Shown: positions 1-9,213 of the stretch, in pieces
How positions within the stretch are numbered: position 1 is the stretch's first letter
Layout of the letters: each line of letters begins with the position of its first letter
NCBI RefSeq assembly: GCF_964204645.1
Contig: NC_134033.1
Span: forward strand, 12,160,655 to 12,224,654
Reading direction: 5' to 3'
Origin: Tubulanus polymorphus
Taxonomy: Eukaryota > Animalia > Nemertea
DNA length: 64,000 nucleotides
Notes under the pieces: generated by a model
Seen by the model: only the letters and a program-made list of their open reading frames with translations
What the model was told of the DNA's origin: nothing
The model's database searches: none
Position numbers and translations under genes: made by a program

Positions 1-1
1 T

Positions 2-301
2 AACTTAGCGTTAGAGAAATACAATAAAGCTGCAGAAGAATATAGAGAAAAGAGGCAAAACTATATGGATTACATCAATAAAGAATTATATGATCAGAAG
101 ATTTCACATAGAGATTTTCAATCAGTTGATGATGCAATGAGTTTATATAACGCAGTAACAAATAAAGAAAAATTACATCTATACAAACCTAAATTATCAG
201 ATTATTATACCCCAAGTAAAGAACAACAGAAATATGAAATGATATGGATTTTAGGTGGAACAGTTATTGTTATATTTATTGCTTATAAATTTACTAATTA
301 G
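2..301 (+). CDS. Polinton small protein with C-terminal transmembrane helix (5' end outside window)
   Basis: Frame is open from the window edge (NLALEKYNKAAEEYREKRQNYMDYIN...) and ends in hydrophobic WILGGTVIVIFIAYKF. Confidence 0.7.
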   Translation, partial: NLALEKYNKAAEEYREKRQNYMDYINKELYDQKISHRDFQSVDDAMSLYNAVTNKEKLHLYKPKLSDYYTPSKEQQKYEMIWILGGTVIVIFIAYKFTN

Positions 302-320
302 TAATTTTTTTGTTAAATAA

Positions 321-755
321 ATGGAAGATAAAGTTGATAGTATTGATATTATTCCTCATGATATAAATAAAACTAAATTAAAAACATATTTAGAAAGACA
401 AATATTAGAATTTGAAAGTGACTTAAAGATAAAAAAGAAAAAATATCTAAAAAGTAAAATTACATATTATTTGATTATAAGTGGTTCGGTTACAATTAGT
501 TCTGTAATAACATTTTTAGCAATATTCAGTCCATTAACACCTTTAGCTATATCAATTGGTGTATTAGGATTAAGTTCAAGTGTTTTAACTGGTATAAGTT
601 CAAAATTAAATATAAAAAGTAATAAAGAAAAAATAAAATCTAATATAAAAGAAATTAATAAATTAAAGAACACACTAGATTATATAATAAGTTTAAATGG
701 CCATATAACAGTTGAAGAACAAGATAAATTATTAAAAGAATTAATAAATTATTAA
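321..755 (+). CDS. Polinton protein, two predicted TM helices flanked by coiled coils
   Basis: 144-aa ORF with ATAAATG start; hydrophobic segments YYLIISGSVTISSVITFLAIF and LAISIGVLGLSSSVLTGI. Confidence 0.75.
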   Translation: MEDKVDSIDIIPHDINKTKLKTYLERQILEFESDLKIKKKKYLKSKITYYLIISGSVTISSVITFLAIFSPLTPLAISIGVLGLSSSVLTGISSKLNIKSNKEKIKSNIKEINKLKNTLDYIISLNGHITVEEQDKLLKELINY

Positions 756-771
756 TTTTTTAGTTATATAA

Positions 772-2108
772 ATGGGGTTTCCAAAAGCTTTCCAATATAA
801 TAAATCACATGAATATTATAAATATAATACTCCAGCAATAGATTTTAGTAACATGATAATATATAAAAATTTAGTTTTACCTTCATTGATTAATTTAGAA
901 ATTTATGTTACTGAAACAAACTATTTTATTTCTAAAATGGAAAATATATTTAATACATATGAAGTTACTTTTACTCGAGATGAATATAATATATATAAAC
1001 TAAAATCTAATATGAAATATTGGCAGAATCAATTAAATTTTGCTGTTCATTGTGCAACAGCTGGTTGTGGTGTAAGTTGGCATGATCACTTGAATAACTT
1101 AGATAAAAATTTGAAATATTCTGATTTAAAATTCATTCATACAATATTTAGATTTCATGTATACTTTCAAATTAGAATTATATTAAATGAATTAGAATGC
1201 CCTTTACCTGGATCAAAATATTTTAAAGAATTAGATAATAATATTAATCTATCTAAGTTTTATAAAATATGTAATGAATTTAATATAAATATTAATTTCG
1301 ATTTTAGAGCGCATGGTAAATTGCAAGGTGTCGGTGAACAGTATGAAATAAAAAGAATTGATTTTATGCATAGAATTGGAGCTTATCATAATTATAAAAT
1401 TAATAATAATAATGGTTGGGTTTATTTTATTGAATCTTATAGTGAAGGATTTACAAAACCCGGTATACAAAGAATAAATCAATCAATTAGAACTTATTTG
1501 ATATGTATTTTAGGTGCACAAGTTGAAACAAGATCACCAATAGTTGGAAATAATAGTACTTCATTTGATGCGCAGAAACAATTCAAAGTATTATTTGAAG
1601 ATTCCATTCATAATGATAAAAATAGATCGATTCCAGAAAACATTGTAAGATATCAAAATTATTTAGATAAATCACATATTAGATTAAATTATTGTATAGG
1701 ACCTAATCTATTAATTATTTCTAATGATTTAGTATTAAAGATGGGAAATATAATTGGTTATAATAATCTAATTAAAACTGCAACAATAAATAATTCAATT
1801 GGATTAAATGATATAAATAAAAAGATTATTACTGCTCCAAAATTAATGGAAGGTGAAAAAAATAAAAACATATTCAATCAACAGAAACTAAAACTAATAA
1901 TATTAAATTGAATAATGATTCCAAAATAAAAGATTACAATACTATAGAAAATGGTGCCGTACGGCACCCACACGGTGATATTAAAACCGATAAAATTCAA
2001 CATGATATAATTAAACTAAATAATGATAATAAATTTCATGAAAATACTAAATTAGCTATAACTTGTATAGGAATTGTTATAGGAGGAATATTATATTTTA
2101 AATTTTAA
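772..2108 (+). CDS. Polinton conserved hypothetical protein; ORFs 772-1911 and 1908-2108 are probably one gene split by a frameshift near 1865
   Basis: 379-aa ORF with ATAAATG start and WQNQLNFAVHCATAGCGVS motif. The downstream 66-aa ORF starts at TTG without the ATAAATG motif, is open back to ~1866 in the -1 frame and ends in a TM helix. Confidence 0.65.
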
Positions 2109-2124
2109 TTTTTTTATTATATAA

Positions 2125-3582
2125 ATGGATGTAGAAGGTGGAGAAGATATTGGAATGGATCCTTTTGATGAACCTAACATAACTGATGAACAACCACCTG
2201 ATTTTGATGAAACAAGTTTTAATGATGGTAATGAGCCAGAATATAATAATAATTTGAATATGCCTGATTATATTAAAAATGCTGAATCACAATTAAATCC
2301 TGAAAATTTAGACCCAGATTTAGTAAAACAAGATTTAGATAATTTAAACAAAATACCTAAATTAGAAGATTTAATTGAAAAATCTAATTTTAACATAAAT
2401 GATGAAGACGTTGGACTTTTAGCAGATCAATTGAAATTTTTAGATAATGGTAAATGTTATTATCGTTTGAAAGGTGATTATTATATTGATATCACTTATA
2501 AAAATAATAAAAATAAAATATTATTAGAATCAACTTTAGAAAAATTAAAACCAGATAGAATTAAAATAATAAGTAATAGTAATGAAATAACTGATGTTAC
2601 ACAAAAAGAAATAGATGATAATATAGATGTATTTAAACAAAGAATTAATGAATTATTTGAAATAATCAAAAAGAAATCAGAAACAGAAACAACTTCTGAA
2701 CAGAATATAACTTCCAAAAATAGTAAACTTAGATCAAATAAAGTTCCAATTGAAAAACTTTTACCGAATGGATTACTTGATGCAACAGATCAAGAATTAG
2801 AAGATTTAGATATATTTTCTGATAAAGCAATTAGAGAAATTATTAGTATAAGACTTGCATCTGATAAAATTGCACATAATAAAAGTATAAGAGATTTTAA
2901 AATTAGAACTTTAGAAAAAGAATTAACTGATAAAAATAAAGAAATAGAACAATTAAAGTCTGATTTAGATCATCAAGTAATTGATGAAATAGAATATAGG
3001 CAAAAAGAATTACGTTTAGAAAAAGAAATTAGTAATTTAAAAGATAATTTAGAAGTACAGAAAGAAGAAATTAAATTATTATTAAAATCATATGATTATA
3101 ATATTAATAGATTAAAAGTTATTTTTAAAGATTTGTTGATTAAACCAAATTCTGAAATATCATTAAAAGACAGGATGAAGTTATTATTTAAATTAGAAGG
3201 AATAACAATTCTTTCAATTCTAACAGCTGTAACTATGTTATTTACAACAATTGGTTTAGCAATATCAAATGCTTCGAAATCTACTCCTACTCCCAATAAA
3301 ACAGATAAACCACCGAATAATAATAATTCTATACAAGATAAAGTTAAAGATGGTTTAAAGAAATTAGCAAAATATTTATGGGAACTATCTAAAAAATCTG
3401 CTGCAGCATTGCCAGGAGTTATTGCATCAATTGTTGGTTTTATATTGAAATCTGCAGGAAACATTATTAACTTTGCTGCTGAACATATTATTTTATTTTT
3501 AATTACAGTTGTAAGTGCTATTATTTTTGGGTTAGTAAATATGATATCAAAAAGATATCAAGAAAAAAATAATAAAAAATAA
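2125..3582 (+). CDS. Polinton coiled-coil membrane protein (acidic N-terminus, long coiled coil, hydrophobic/amphipathic C-terminal helices)
   Basis: 485-aa ORF, ATAAATG start; GITILSILTAVTMLFTTIGLAI, AAALPGVIASIVGFIL and IILFLITVVSAIIFGLV segments. Confidence 0.8.
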   Translation: MDVEGGEDIGMDPFDEPNITDEQPPDFDETSFNDGNEPEYNNNLNMPDYIKNAESQLNPENLDPDLVKQDLDNLNKIPKLEDLIEKSNFNINDEDVGLLADQLKFLDNGKCYYRLKGDYYIDITYKNNKNKILLESTLEKLKPDRIKIISNSNEITDVTQKEIDDNIDVFKQRINELFEIIKKKSETETTSEQNITSKNSKLRSNKVPIEKLLPNGLLDATDQELEDLDIFSDKAIREIISIRLASDKIAHNKSIRDFKIRTLEKELTDKNKEIEQLKSDLDHQVIDEIEYRQKELRLEKEISNLKDNLEVQKEEIKLLLKSYDYNINRLKVIFKDLLIKPNSEISLKDRMKLLFKLEGITILSILTAVTMLFTTIGLAISNASKSTPTPNKTDKPPNNNNSIQDKVKDGLKKLAKYLWELSKKSAAALPGVIASIVGFILKSAGNIINFAAEHIILFLITVVSAIIFGLVNMISKRYQEKNNKK

Positions 3583-3606
3583 ATAATTAATTTTTTTGTT
3601 AAATAA

Positions 3607-4854
3607 ATGAGTGGGAGTTATATAAGTCCTTCGAAGAATCATAGAATATCTAATGCTATTAAAGCAGAAAGATCACATCATATAATTACTCATAACCCTT
3701 CAAATATTAATCCCGATGAAACTTTATATGTTAGAATTCCTAGATTAACACAAAATACTTTTTATGTTCCAAACAGTATTTATTTATCAGCTGATATAAA
3801 AGTAATCGGTAATAATAATAATTATGTCGTTGATAATGTTGGAAGATATTTGATTAAAAAGTTAACAATAAAGATTGGTCCGGAAACAGTTTTCTCATTA
3901 GATGATTATAATTTATTTATGCATTATAAAGATTTATGGTTAACTAAAGAAAATAGAAATAATATGATATTTCAAGGAATTCAATCAGAAAACCAAAATA
4001 AATTAAGATCTGAAGCCAATAACGCAGTAGTAAATAATGGCGTAGATAATTTGATTAAAAAGATTTATGGAAGCAAATATAAAATTCCATTAGACTTTGA
4101 ATTGATAAATAATAATGCACCTTTATATAAATACGCAATTCAAGAAGATATTATATTTGAGATAACATTTGCTCCTGTAAATGAAATTGTATTATCTAGC
4201 GTTAACAAAGATATGAGTTATAAATTATCGAATATATGTTTAGAATATGATACAGTAACTGATGAAAATATTTCAAATATAATTCAAACTCAATACAATC
4301 AAGGATTTTCATTATTATATGATTATATTGATAAATTTAAAACCGTAACTATTAATGCAAATGATGAAATTATTAATGAGAATATTAACTTCCCAAGAAG
4401 ATCTATTAAAGGTATATTAATATTTTTTACCATTGCAACATATTCTAATGGTGCAATAAATGTTGATAATTATTATAATCCTGAAATAACAAAAGTAGAA
4501 ATAACTATCGAAGGAATAGCAAATAAAATATTTTGTCAAGGAATGAGAATGATTGATCAATGGCCAGAAATTAGAAAACATTTTATGAATGAAAAAGTAA
4601 AATCATCTGAAAATTGTAACATTAATCAAATTGATTATTATACCGGTAATAAATATGCATTATGGTTAGATTTTAGAACAACAGAAGATAATTCATTACA
4701 TGGTTCTGGAAAAAAACTACAAAACACTAAAGATGGAATACAATTATTCATGAAAAAGAATAAAGGAATCAAAAATTTTAAAATGCACATTTATATTATA
4801 TCTGACGCACAATTAAATATTGTAAATTCTCAATTAGATAGTATTCAATATTAG
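3607..4854 (+). CDS. Major capsid protein (double jelly-roll), Polinton/adintovirus type
   Basis: Intact 415-aa beta-rich ORF (NPSNINPDETLYVRIP, NVGRYLIKKLTI, ICLEYD, YALWLDFRT) resembling invertebrate Polinton capsids; adjacent to integrase and ATPase. Recognised from memory, not by search. Confidence 0.75.
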   Translation: MSGSYISPSKNHRISNAIKAERSHHIITHNPSNINPDETLYVRIPRLTQNTFYVPNSIYLSADIKVIGNNNNYVVDNVGRYLIKKLTIKIGPETVFSLDDYNLFMHYKDLWLTKENRNNMIFQGIQSENQNKLRSEANNAVVNNGVDNLIKKIYGSKYKIPLDFELINNNAPLYKYAIQEDIIFEITFAPVNEIVLSSVNKDMSYKLSNICLEYDTVTDENISNIIQTQYNQGFSLLYDYIDKFKTVTINANDEIINENINFPRRSIKGILIFFTIATYSNGAINVDNYYNPEITKVEITIEGIANKIFCQGMRMIDQWPEIRKHFMNEKVKSSENCNINQIDYYTGNKYALWLDFRTTEDNSLHGSGKKLQNTKDGIQLFMKKNKGIKNFKMHIYIISDAQLNIVNSQLDSIQY

Positions 4855-4884
4855 AAATATAAAGTTAAAATTAAGGATATATAA

Positions 4885-6012
4885 ATGGGTGGTAAAAAAA
4901 CTCCTAATACTAAAGAACAATATTTAAGAAATTTATATTACAACCCTGAGAGTTCGGTTGCTTATTCTTCTACCAAAAATATATGGTGTAAAGTAAAACA
5001 AGATAAATTAGATAAGATAATCCCACAAAATTTAGTTAAATATAAAGATATAAATGAATTTATGTTAGAACAACCAACATATACAACACATAAAAAAATT
5101 GTTAGAAAATATAAAACTCGTAAAACTATGGTAAGTTATGTAGATCAACAGTGGCAAGGAGATTTAATTGATATGAAAAATGTTAAGAAAGATAATGATG
5201 ATTATTGGTGGTTATTGAATATAATTGATATTTTTAGTCGTTATGTATGGAGCTTCCCACTTTATAGAAAAGATGCTGTACAAACATCAAATGTTTTAAG
5301 AAAATTTCTTTCGGATGATAAACTAAAACCAGAAAAAATACAATTTGATGATGGATAAGAATTTGATAATTCACTTGTTCATGAACTCTTAGATAATCAT
5401 AATATTAAATATTTTTCAACAAAATCAGATAAAAAAGCAGCAGTTGTTGAACGATTTAATAGAACATTAAGAACAAGAATGTGGAAATATTTTACAGCAA
5501 ATAATACTTTTAAATGGATTGATGTTTTACCAAAATTGATAGAAGGATATAATAATTCTTATCATTCTTCTATTGGAATGAAACCTATTGATGCTAGAAA
5601 ATCTGAAAATGCTGAAATTGTTTGGAATAATTTATATGGAGCATTTCTTATAGATGATTTTGGTGAACCTAAATTTAAAGTTGGTCAAAATGTTAGAATT
5701 TCTAAGTATAAAAAGATATTTGATAAAGGATACGATCGAAATTTTACTAGAGAAATATATAAAATAAAAAAGGTAATAACAACAAAACCATATGTCTATA
5801 AATTAGAAGATTTAGATGGTGAAGAAGTTGATGGCTACTTTTACGAAGAAGAATTAAGTTTAACTACTGAAAATCTAGAACAAGAATATAAAATTGAAAA
5901 AGTATTAAAAACAAAAACTATTAAAAGAAAAAAATATTCTTTAGTAAAATGGGTTGGATGGCCAGATAAATTCAATGAATGGATATTATCAAGTAAAATT
6001 AAAAATATATAA
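4885..6012 (+). pseudogene. Retroviral-type (rve) integrase with C-terminal chromodomain, interrupted by in-frame TAA at 5356-5358
   Basis: QWQGDL, IDIFSRY, QFDDG*EF, VVERFNRTL give the DDE triad. ORFs 4885-5358 and 5479-6012 are in the same frame with open sequence between. C-terminal YKIEKVL...LVKWVGWPDKFNEW is a chromodomain. Confidence 0.92.
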
Positions 6013-6621
6013 ATGAATAAGGAATTATTCATATTTGAGCCTCATAATATGTTAATTTCTGGTGTAACAAATTGTGGAAAAACGTATTTTATATTAAATT
6101 TATTAGAAACTGTTTACAAAAACTATTTTGATAATATAGTATTATTTTGTCCAACATATGAATTTAATCAAACTTATGATAGAAATATTACTAGGAATAA
6201 TAAATTTATTATATTAGATCCTAAAACAGTAAAAGAAAATTTAGATAATTGTATTAAAATAGCAATTGATATTTATAAAGGATCAAATACATTATTCATT
6301 ATAGATGATTGTGCTAATCTACATGATTCAAAAGTTAGAGAAAGTGAGTTATGCTATTTAGCTTTCTCTGGGAGACATTTTGGGATAACAACTTGGGTTT
6401 TAAATCAAAAATATAATTCAATTGTTAAAGACTTTAGAGAAAACATTAGATTTCTAGTTTTATTCTACAATAAAGATAGAAAATCAATGAAAAATGCACT
6501 TGAGGAAAATGATATTATTCCACATGATTTACATAATGAATATATGGATGAGTTGAAAAATATTAAAAGATCAAAATTACTATTTAGATTACAACACCCA
6601 TTTAAATATGAATTTATTTAA
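6013..6621 (+). CDS. FtsK/HerA-superfamily (A32-like) genome-packaging ATPase
   Basis: Walker A GVTNCGKT, Walker B FIIDD, GRH motif followed by NQKY. Confidence 0.9.
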   Translation: MNKELFIFEPHNMLISGVTNCGKTYFILNLLETVYKNYFDNIVLFCPTYEFNQTYDRNITRNNKFIILDPKTVKENLDNCIKIAIDIYKGSNTLFIIDDCANLHDSKVRESELCYLAFSGRHFGITTWVLNQKYNSIVKDFRENIRFLVLFYNKDRKSMKNALEENDIIPHDLHNEYMDELKNIKRSKLLFRLQHPFKYEFI

Positions 6622-6624
6622 ATT

Positions 6625-6862
6625 CAATTAGTTTGTTAATCTAGTTGAATTCTAGTTATTGGTAGTTGTAACAAAAATCAAATAGATTTAACAATATTTT
6701 AACTAGCTTGTTAATCTATTTTAATTCTAGTTACATTCTAGTTGAATTCAAGTTGTTAGTAGTTGAAACAAAAATCAACTAGATTTAACAAGAAATAAAT
6801 AAAAACAACAATATTTCAACTAGCTTGTTAATAGTTACATTCTAGTTAAATTCTAGTTGCAA
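6625..6862. repeat. Intergenic array of TCTAGTT/CTAG motifs arranged as imperfect ~100-bp direct repeats
   Basis: CTAGTTGAATTC(T/A)AGTT...AACAAAAATCAA(A/C)TAGATTTAACAA occurs at ~6641 and ~6738; AACTAGCTTGTTAAT occurs twice. Confidence 0.6.
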
Positions 6863-6890
6863 CATCACACAATTAATTTTTGTTATATAA

Positions 6891-7496
6891 ATGGTAGGTG
6901 AAAAGAAAATAAAATCTAAAAATGGTGATGTTCCAATTGAAAAAACTTTAGATGATTTAGGAATAACAGAAACAAAATTAACTCCAGATGATGGTGCTTT
7001 AAATAATGTTACAACAAATAATAATTATGAATATTATCTTTATTGTAAACATCAATTAGAAATATTAATAGCATCTGGAAAATGTAAAAATTTTGTCGGT
7101 AAAAATTTAACTTATAATGAATTAGATACAATGAAATCAGATGAAATTATTAGATTATTTAAGATTTATGAAGCCGCGAGACCAGCTAGAATTAATGACG
7201 CGATATCAGAAAATGTAGTAAAAGGTTATAGTAAATTATGTAATTATATACTACCAATTGAAGATGAAAATAGATTATATTCCGGTTTAAAAAATGATTA
7301 TTTAGTTATGACTGAATTAAATAAATGGATTGGATATTTATCATTTCAATTAGGTGGATTTATGACATTATTATCAACTGGGGTTATAACATTTTCAAAT
7401 ATTGAAAGTAAAAATATTTCTATAATAAATGAGCGAGGTGAAAGAAGTGAAGGAATTAACTGTGAAGAAAAAACCGAGAACTCAGAAACAAATTGA
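6891..7496 (+). CDS. Polinton hypothetical protein
   Basis: 201-aa ORF with TATAAATG start and same composition as neighbours. Confidence 0.7.
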   Translation: MVGEKKIKSKNGDVPIEKTLDDLGITETKLTPDDGALNNVTTNNNYEYYLYCKHQLEILIASGKCKNFVGKNLTYNELDTMKSDEIIRLFKIYEAARPARINDAISENVVKGYSKLCNYILPIEDENRLYSGLKNDYLVMTELNKWIGYLSFQLGGFMTLLSTGVITFSNIESKNISIINERGERSEGINCEEKTENSETN

Positions 7497-7881
7497 ATGG
7501 TCTCGGCAATTAGGAATTAAATCACAAGAATATAAAAAAGCTGTAAAAGAAAAAATAAGTAATAAAAATGTTAATAAAAATGGTGAAAATATTGTTATTT
7601 CTACTCCTTCTGATAATAGAATATTTGATAAATATTTATATTTTACAGTTGGATTTGTAATTGTATTCATTTTGATTGGGTGTAATTGGTATAAGAAATC
7701 AAATAAAATTCATGATATTAGTAATTCTGAAACAACTGCTATCAAAAATGAAAATACTTCTGAAATTCCAAAATTGATAATAAAAAAATGGATTAATATT
7801 TTAGAAAAAAAGCAAAAAAAAATAATTGAATATCTCACTACTTTTGTCTATCTATGCGGAGCAATTAAATTGTCCAGATAA
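7429..7881 (+). CDS. Polinton hypothetical protein, basic N-terminus plus one TM helix (3' end uncertain)
   Basis: ATAAATG start; KKKPRTQKQIEWSRQLG; YLYFTVGFVIVFILIGCNW. Confidence 0.65.
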   Translation: MSEVKEVKELTVKKKPRTQKQIEWSRQLGIKSQEYKKAVKEKISNKNVNKNGENIVISTPSDNRIFDKYLYFTVGFVIVFILIGCNWYKKSNKIHDISNSETTAIKNENTSEIPKLIIKKWINILEKKQKKIIEYLTTFVYLCGAIKLSR

Positions 7882-8141
7882 GTCATTTCGGATTCTAGAT
7901 ATTCATTATTTTTATTAATTTATTTTGTTTTTATTTGAATGTTTGAATTTGAATTTGTTAATCAATTAACATAGTAATTGATTACTAATTTGATTAAAAA
8001 TTATATCATAATTAAGTTAAAAATACATAATTCATTTATCAGTTTTCATTCTTACATTCTTTTCATTCGGAATAATTTATAATTTCAAATTTCACATATT
8101 TTTTTAGCACCAACAACATTTACTTAGGTGTTTTAGCTAAG

Positions 8142-8148
8142 TATATAA
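8142..8148 (+). promoter_or_regulatory. TATA box (TATATAA) ~30 nt upstream of the predicted structured RNA
   Basis: TATATAA at 8142-8148; first paired base of the RNA is G8173; T4 run at 8458-8461 follows the closing stem. Confidence 0.45.
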
Positions 8149-8172
8149 GGCAATTCATTCAACCACTGGAGT

Positions 8173-8461
8173 GCCGCCGGGCTTGGCTTGCAGGGGCATT
8201 TCGAAAATGCACCTTTGTCCACCCTCCGTGGTTCTCCTTCAGTTTCGACTTTCGATCCTCCTTTCGGGGGTAAGGGGTTGATAGGAAATGCATTAGGCGC
8301 CTTTAATATAATGTGTTTCCTGTCAACCATTGAAGGAGAATTGGTGAGGTGTGGGTCACAGGGGTGTAAGTAGAAATGCTTGGGGATAGGTATCTCGTGG
8401 CGCCTCTCAATAACGGGATGCTTATCCCCTAAAAACTCTGTGAGTCAAGTCGGGTGGTTTT
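8173..8461 (+). ncRNA. Putative Polinton-encoded structured non-coding RNA (~290 nt) with twin GGCGCC-loop hairpins
   Basis: Nested helices found by hand: 8173-78/8453-58, 8180-95/8436-51 (16 bp, 5 G-U), 8196-202/8373-79, 8209-18/8358-67, 8230-43/8329-42, 8276-95/8309-28 (20 bp, 3 G-U), 8382-98/8413-29 (17 bp, 3 G-U), small hairpin 8257-70. GAA/AGUA loop-E motif at 8203-05/8369-72. Confidence 0.8.
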
Positions 8462-8801
8462 GCTAAAACTTACCGTAAAAACATTGAAATATTCCTTTTA
8501 ATCACGAGAGAATGATGACTATCCTCCTATCGTCACGGCCGAGCTAATTTAAATAAACCTCGTTTTCAGAAACCAATGAAAACGCAGTAATTCAATACCA
8601 GCTAACTGGTTTGTGTGTGTTGTATGTACTACGTGCTTATTATATAACAACAACGTTGTGCAACACCTGTTTGATTGATCAATATTCAAATGAAGCACTC
8701 TCTTATAATAACATGTAACAGATGTACTGTATGATTGTAGTTGTTTATAAAACGACTAAGGTCATTTTGGATTCTAGATATTCATTATTTTTATTTTTTA
8801 T

Positions 8802-9128
8802 TTAATCAACAATTTCTAAATCATGATGACCGTCTTCATTTTTCCCATGATATATTATTTTAAATCCTACTAAATCTTTCAATTCCTCCATACTCAATGA
8901 AACCCATTTATCGGGTAAAAACACTTTAAATTCTCGTGATGTACTAACATTACAGTAGCTTAAATTAGCTGATACTTTCTCTCCATATTTAGTTTTTATC
9001 TTTTCTAATTTCAATATTTTATGTTCAATTTATTTTGTAACATCAACTAACTTTTTTATTTCAAATTGTTTTTTTGCTGGTTTTATTCTGTTATTTATTG
9101 TTGCTAAGAATGCTTTTCTATCTCCCAT
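8802..9128 (-). pseudogene. Small Polinton gene (~108 codons, possibly OB-fold/SSB-like) with in-frame TAA at codon 33
   Basis: ATAAATG start at 9128 on the minus strand (MGDRKAFLATINNRIKP...VTK*IEHKILKLEKIKTKYGEKV...KVFLPDKW...IIYHG), in frame with track ORF 8802-9014. Fold call is tentative. Confidence 0.6.
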
Positions 9129-9213
9129 TTATTAGGAAAAAAAATTACTTGTGGTGATGAGTGGTGTCTCGCCCTCTCGCCCTCTGGTATGAAACCCCAC
9201 TTTTCTAATTACT

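Larger units (their letters stand above)
1..9213 (+). mobile_element. Polinton/Maverick (adintovirus-like) endogenous dsDNA virus, right-hand part; left part lies outside the window
   Basis: Very AT-rich, intronless, tightly packed ORFs including capsid-like protein, rve integrase with chromodomain and packaging ATPase. Ends ...CTAATTACT at 9213 (Polinton termini are 5'-AG...CT-3'). Sequence from 9214 matches host sequence present uninterrupted at 29557 and 41780. Confidence 0.92.

Noticed and set aside
1853-1870. Programmed -1 frameshift at A AAA AAT
   Set aside because: Slippage at that heptamer meets TAA immediately; a 1-nt deletion is more plausible.
5356-5358. TAA reassignment or programmed read-through explaining in-frame stops
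   Set aside because: Most genes of the element terminate at TAA; decay or sequencing error is simpler.
8133-8373. ORFs 8188-8373 (+) and 8133-8330 (-) as proteins
   Set aside because: No ATAAATG start and composition unlike the element's genes; better explained as by-products of the GC-rich structured RNA.
8173-8461. Identification as SRP (7SL) RNA, tRNA or hammerhead ribozyme
   Set aside because: Size and the GCCGGGC near the 5' end recall 7SL, but I see no SRP helix-8 motif, cloverleaf or CUGANGA/GAAA core. An Rfam search is still needed.
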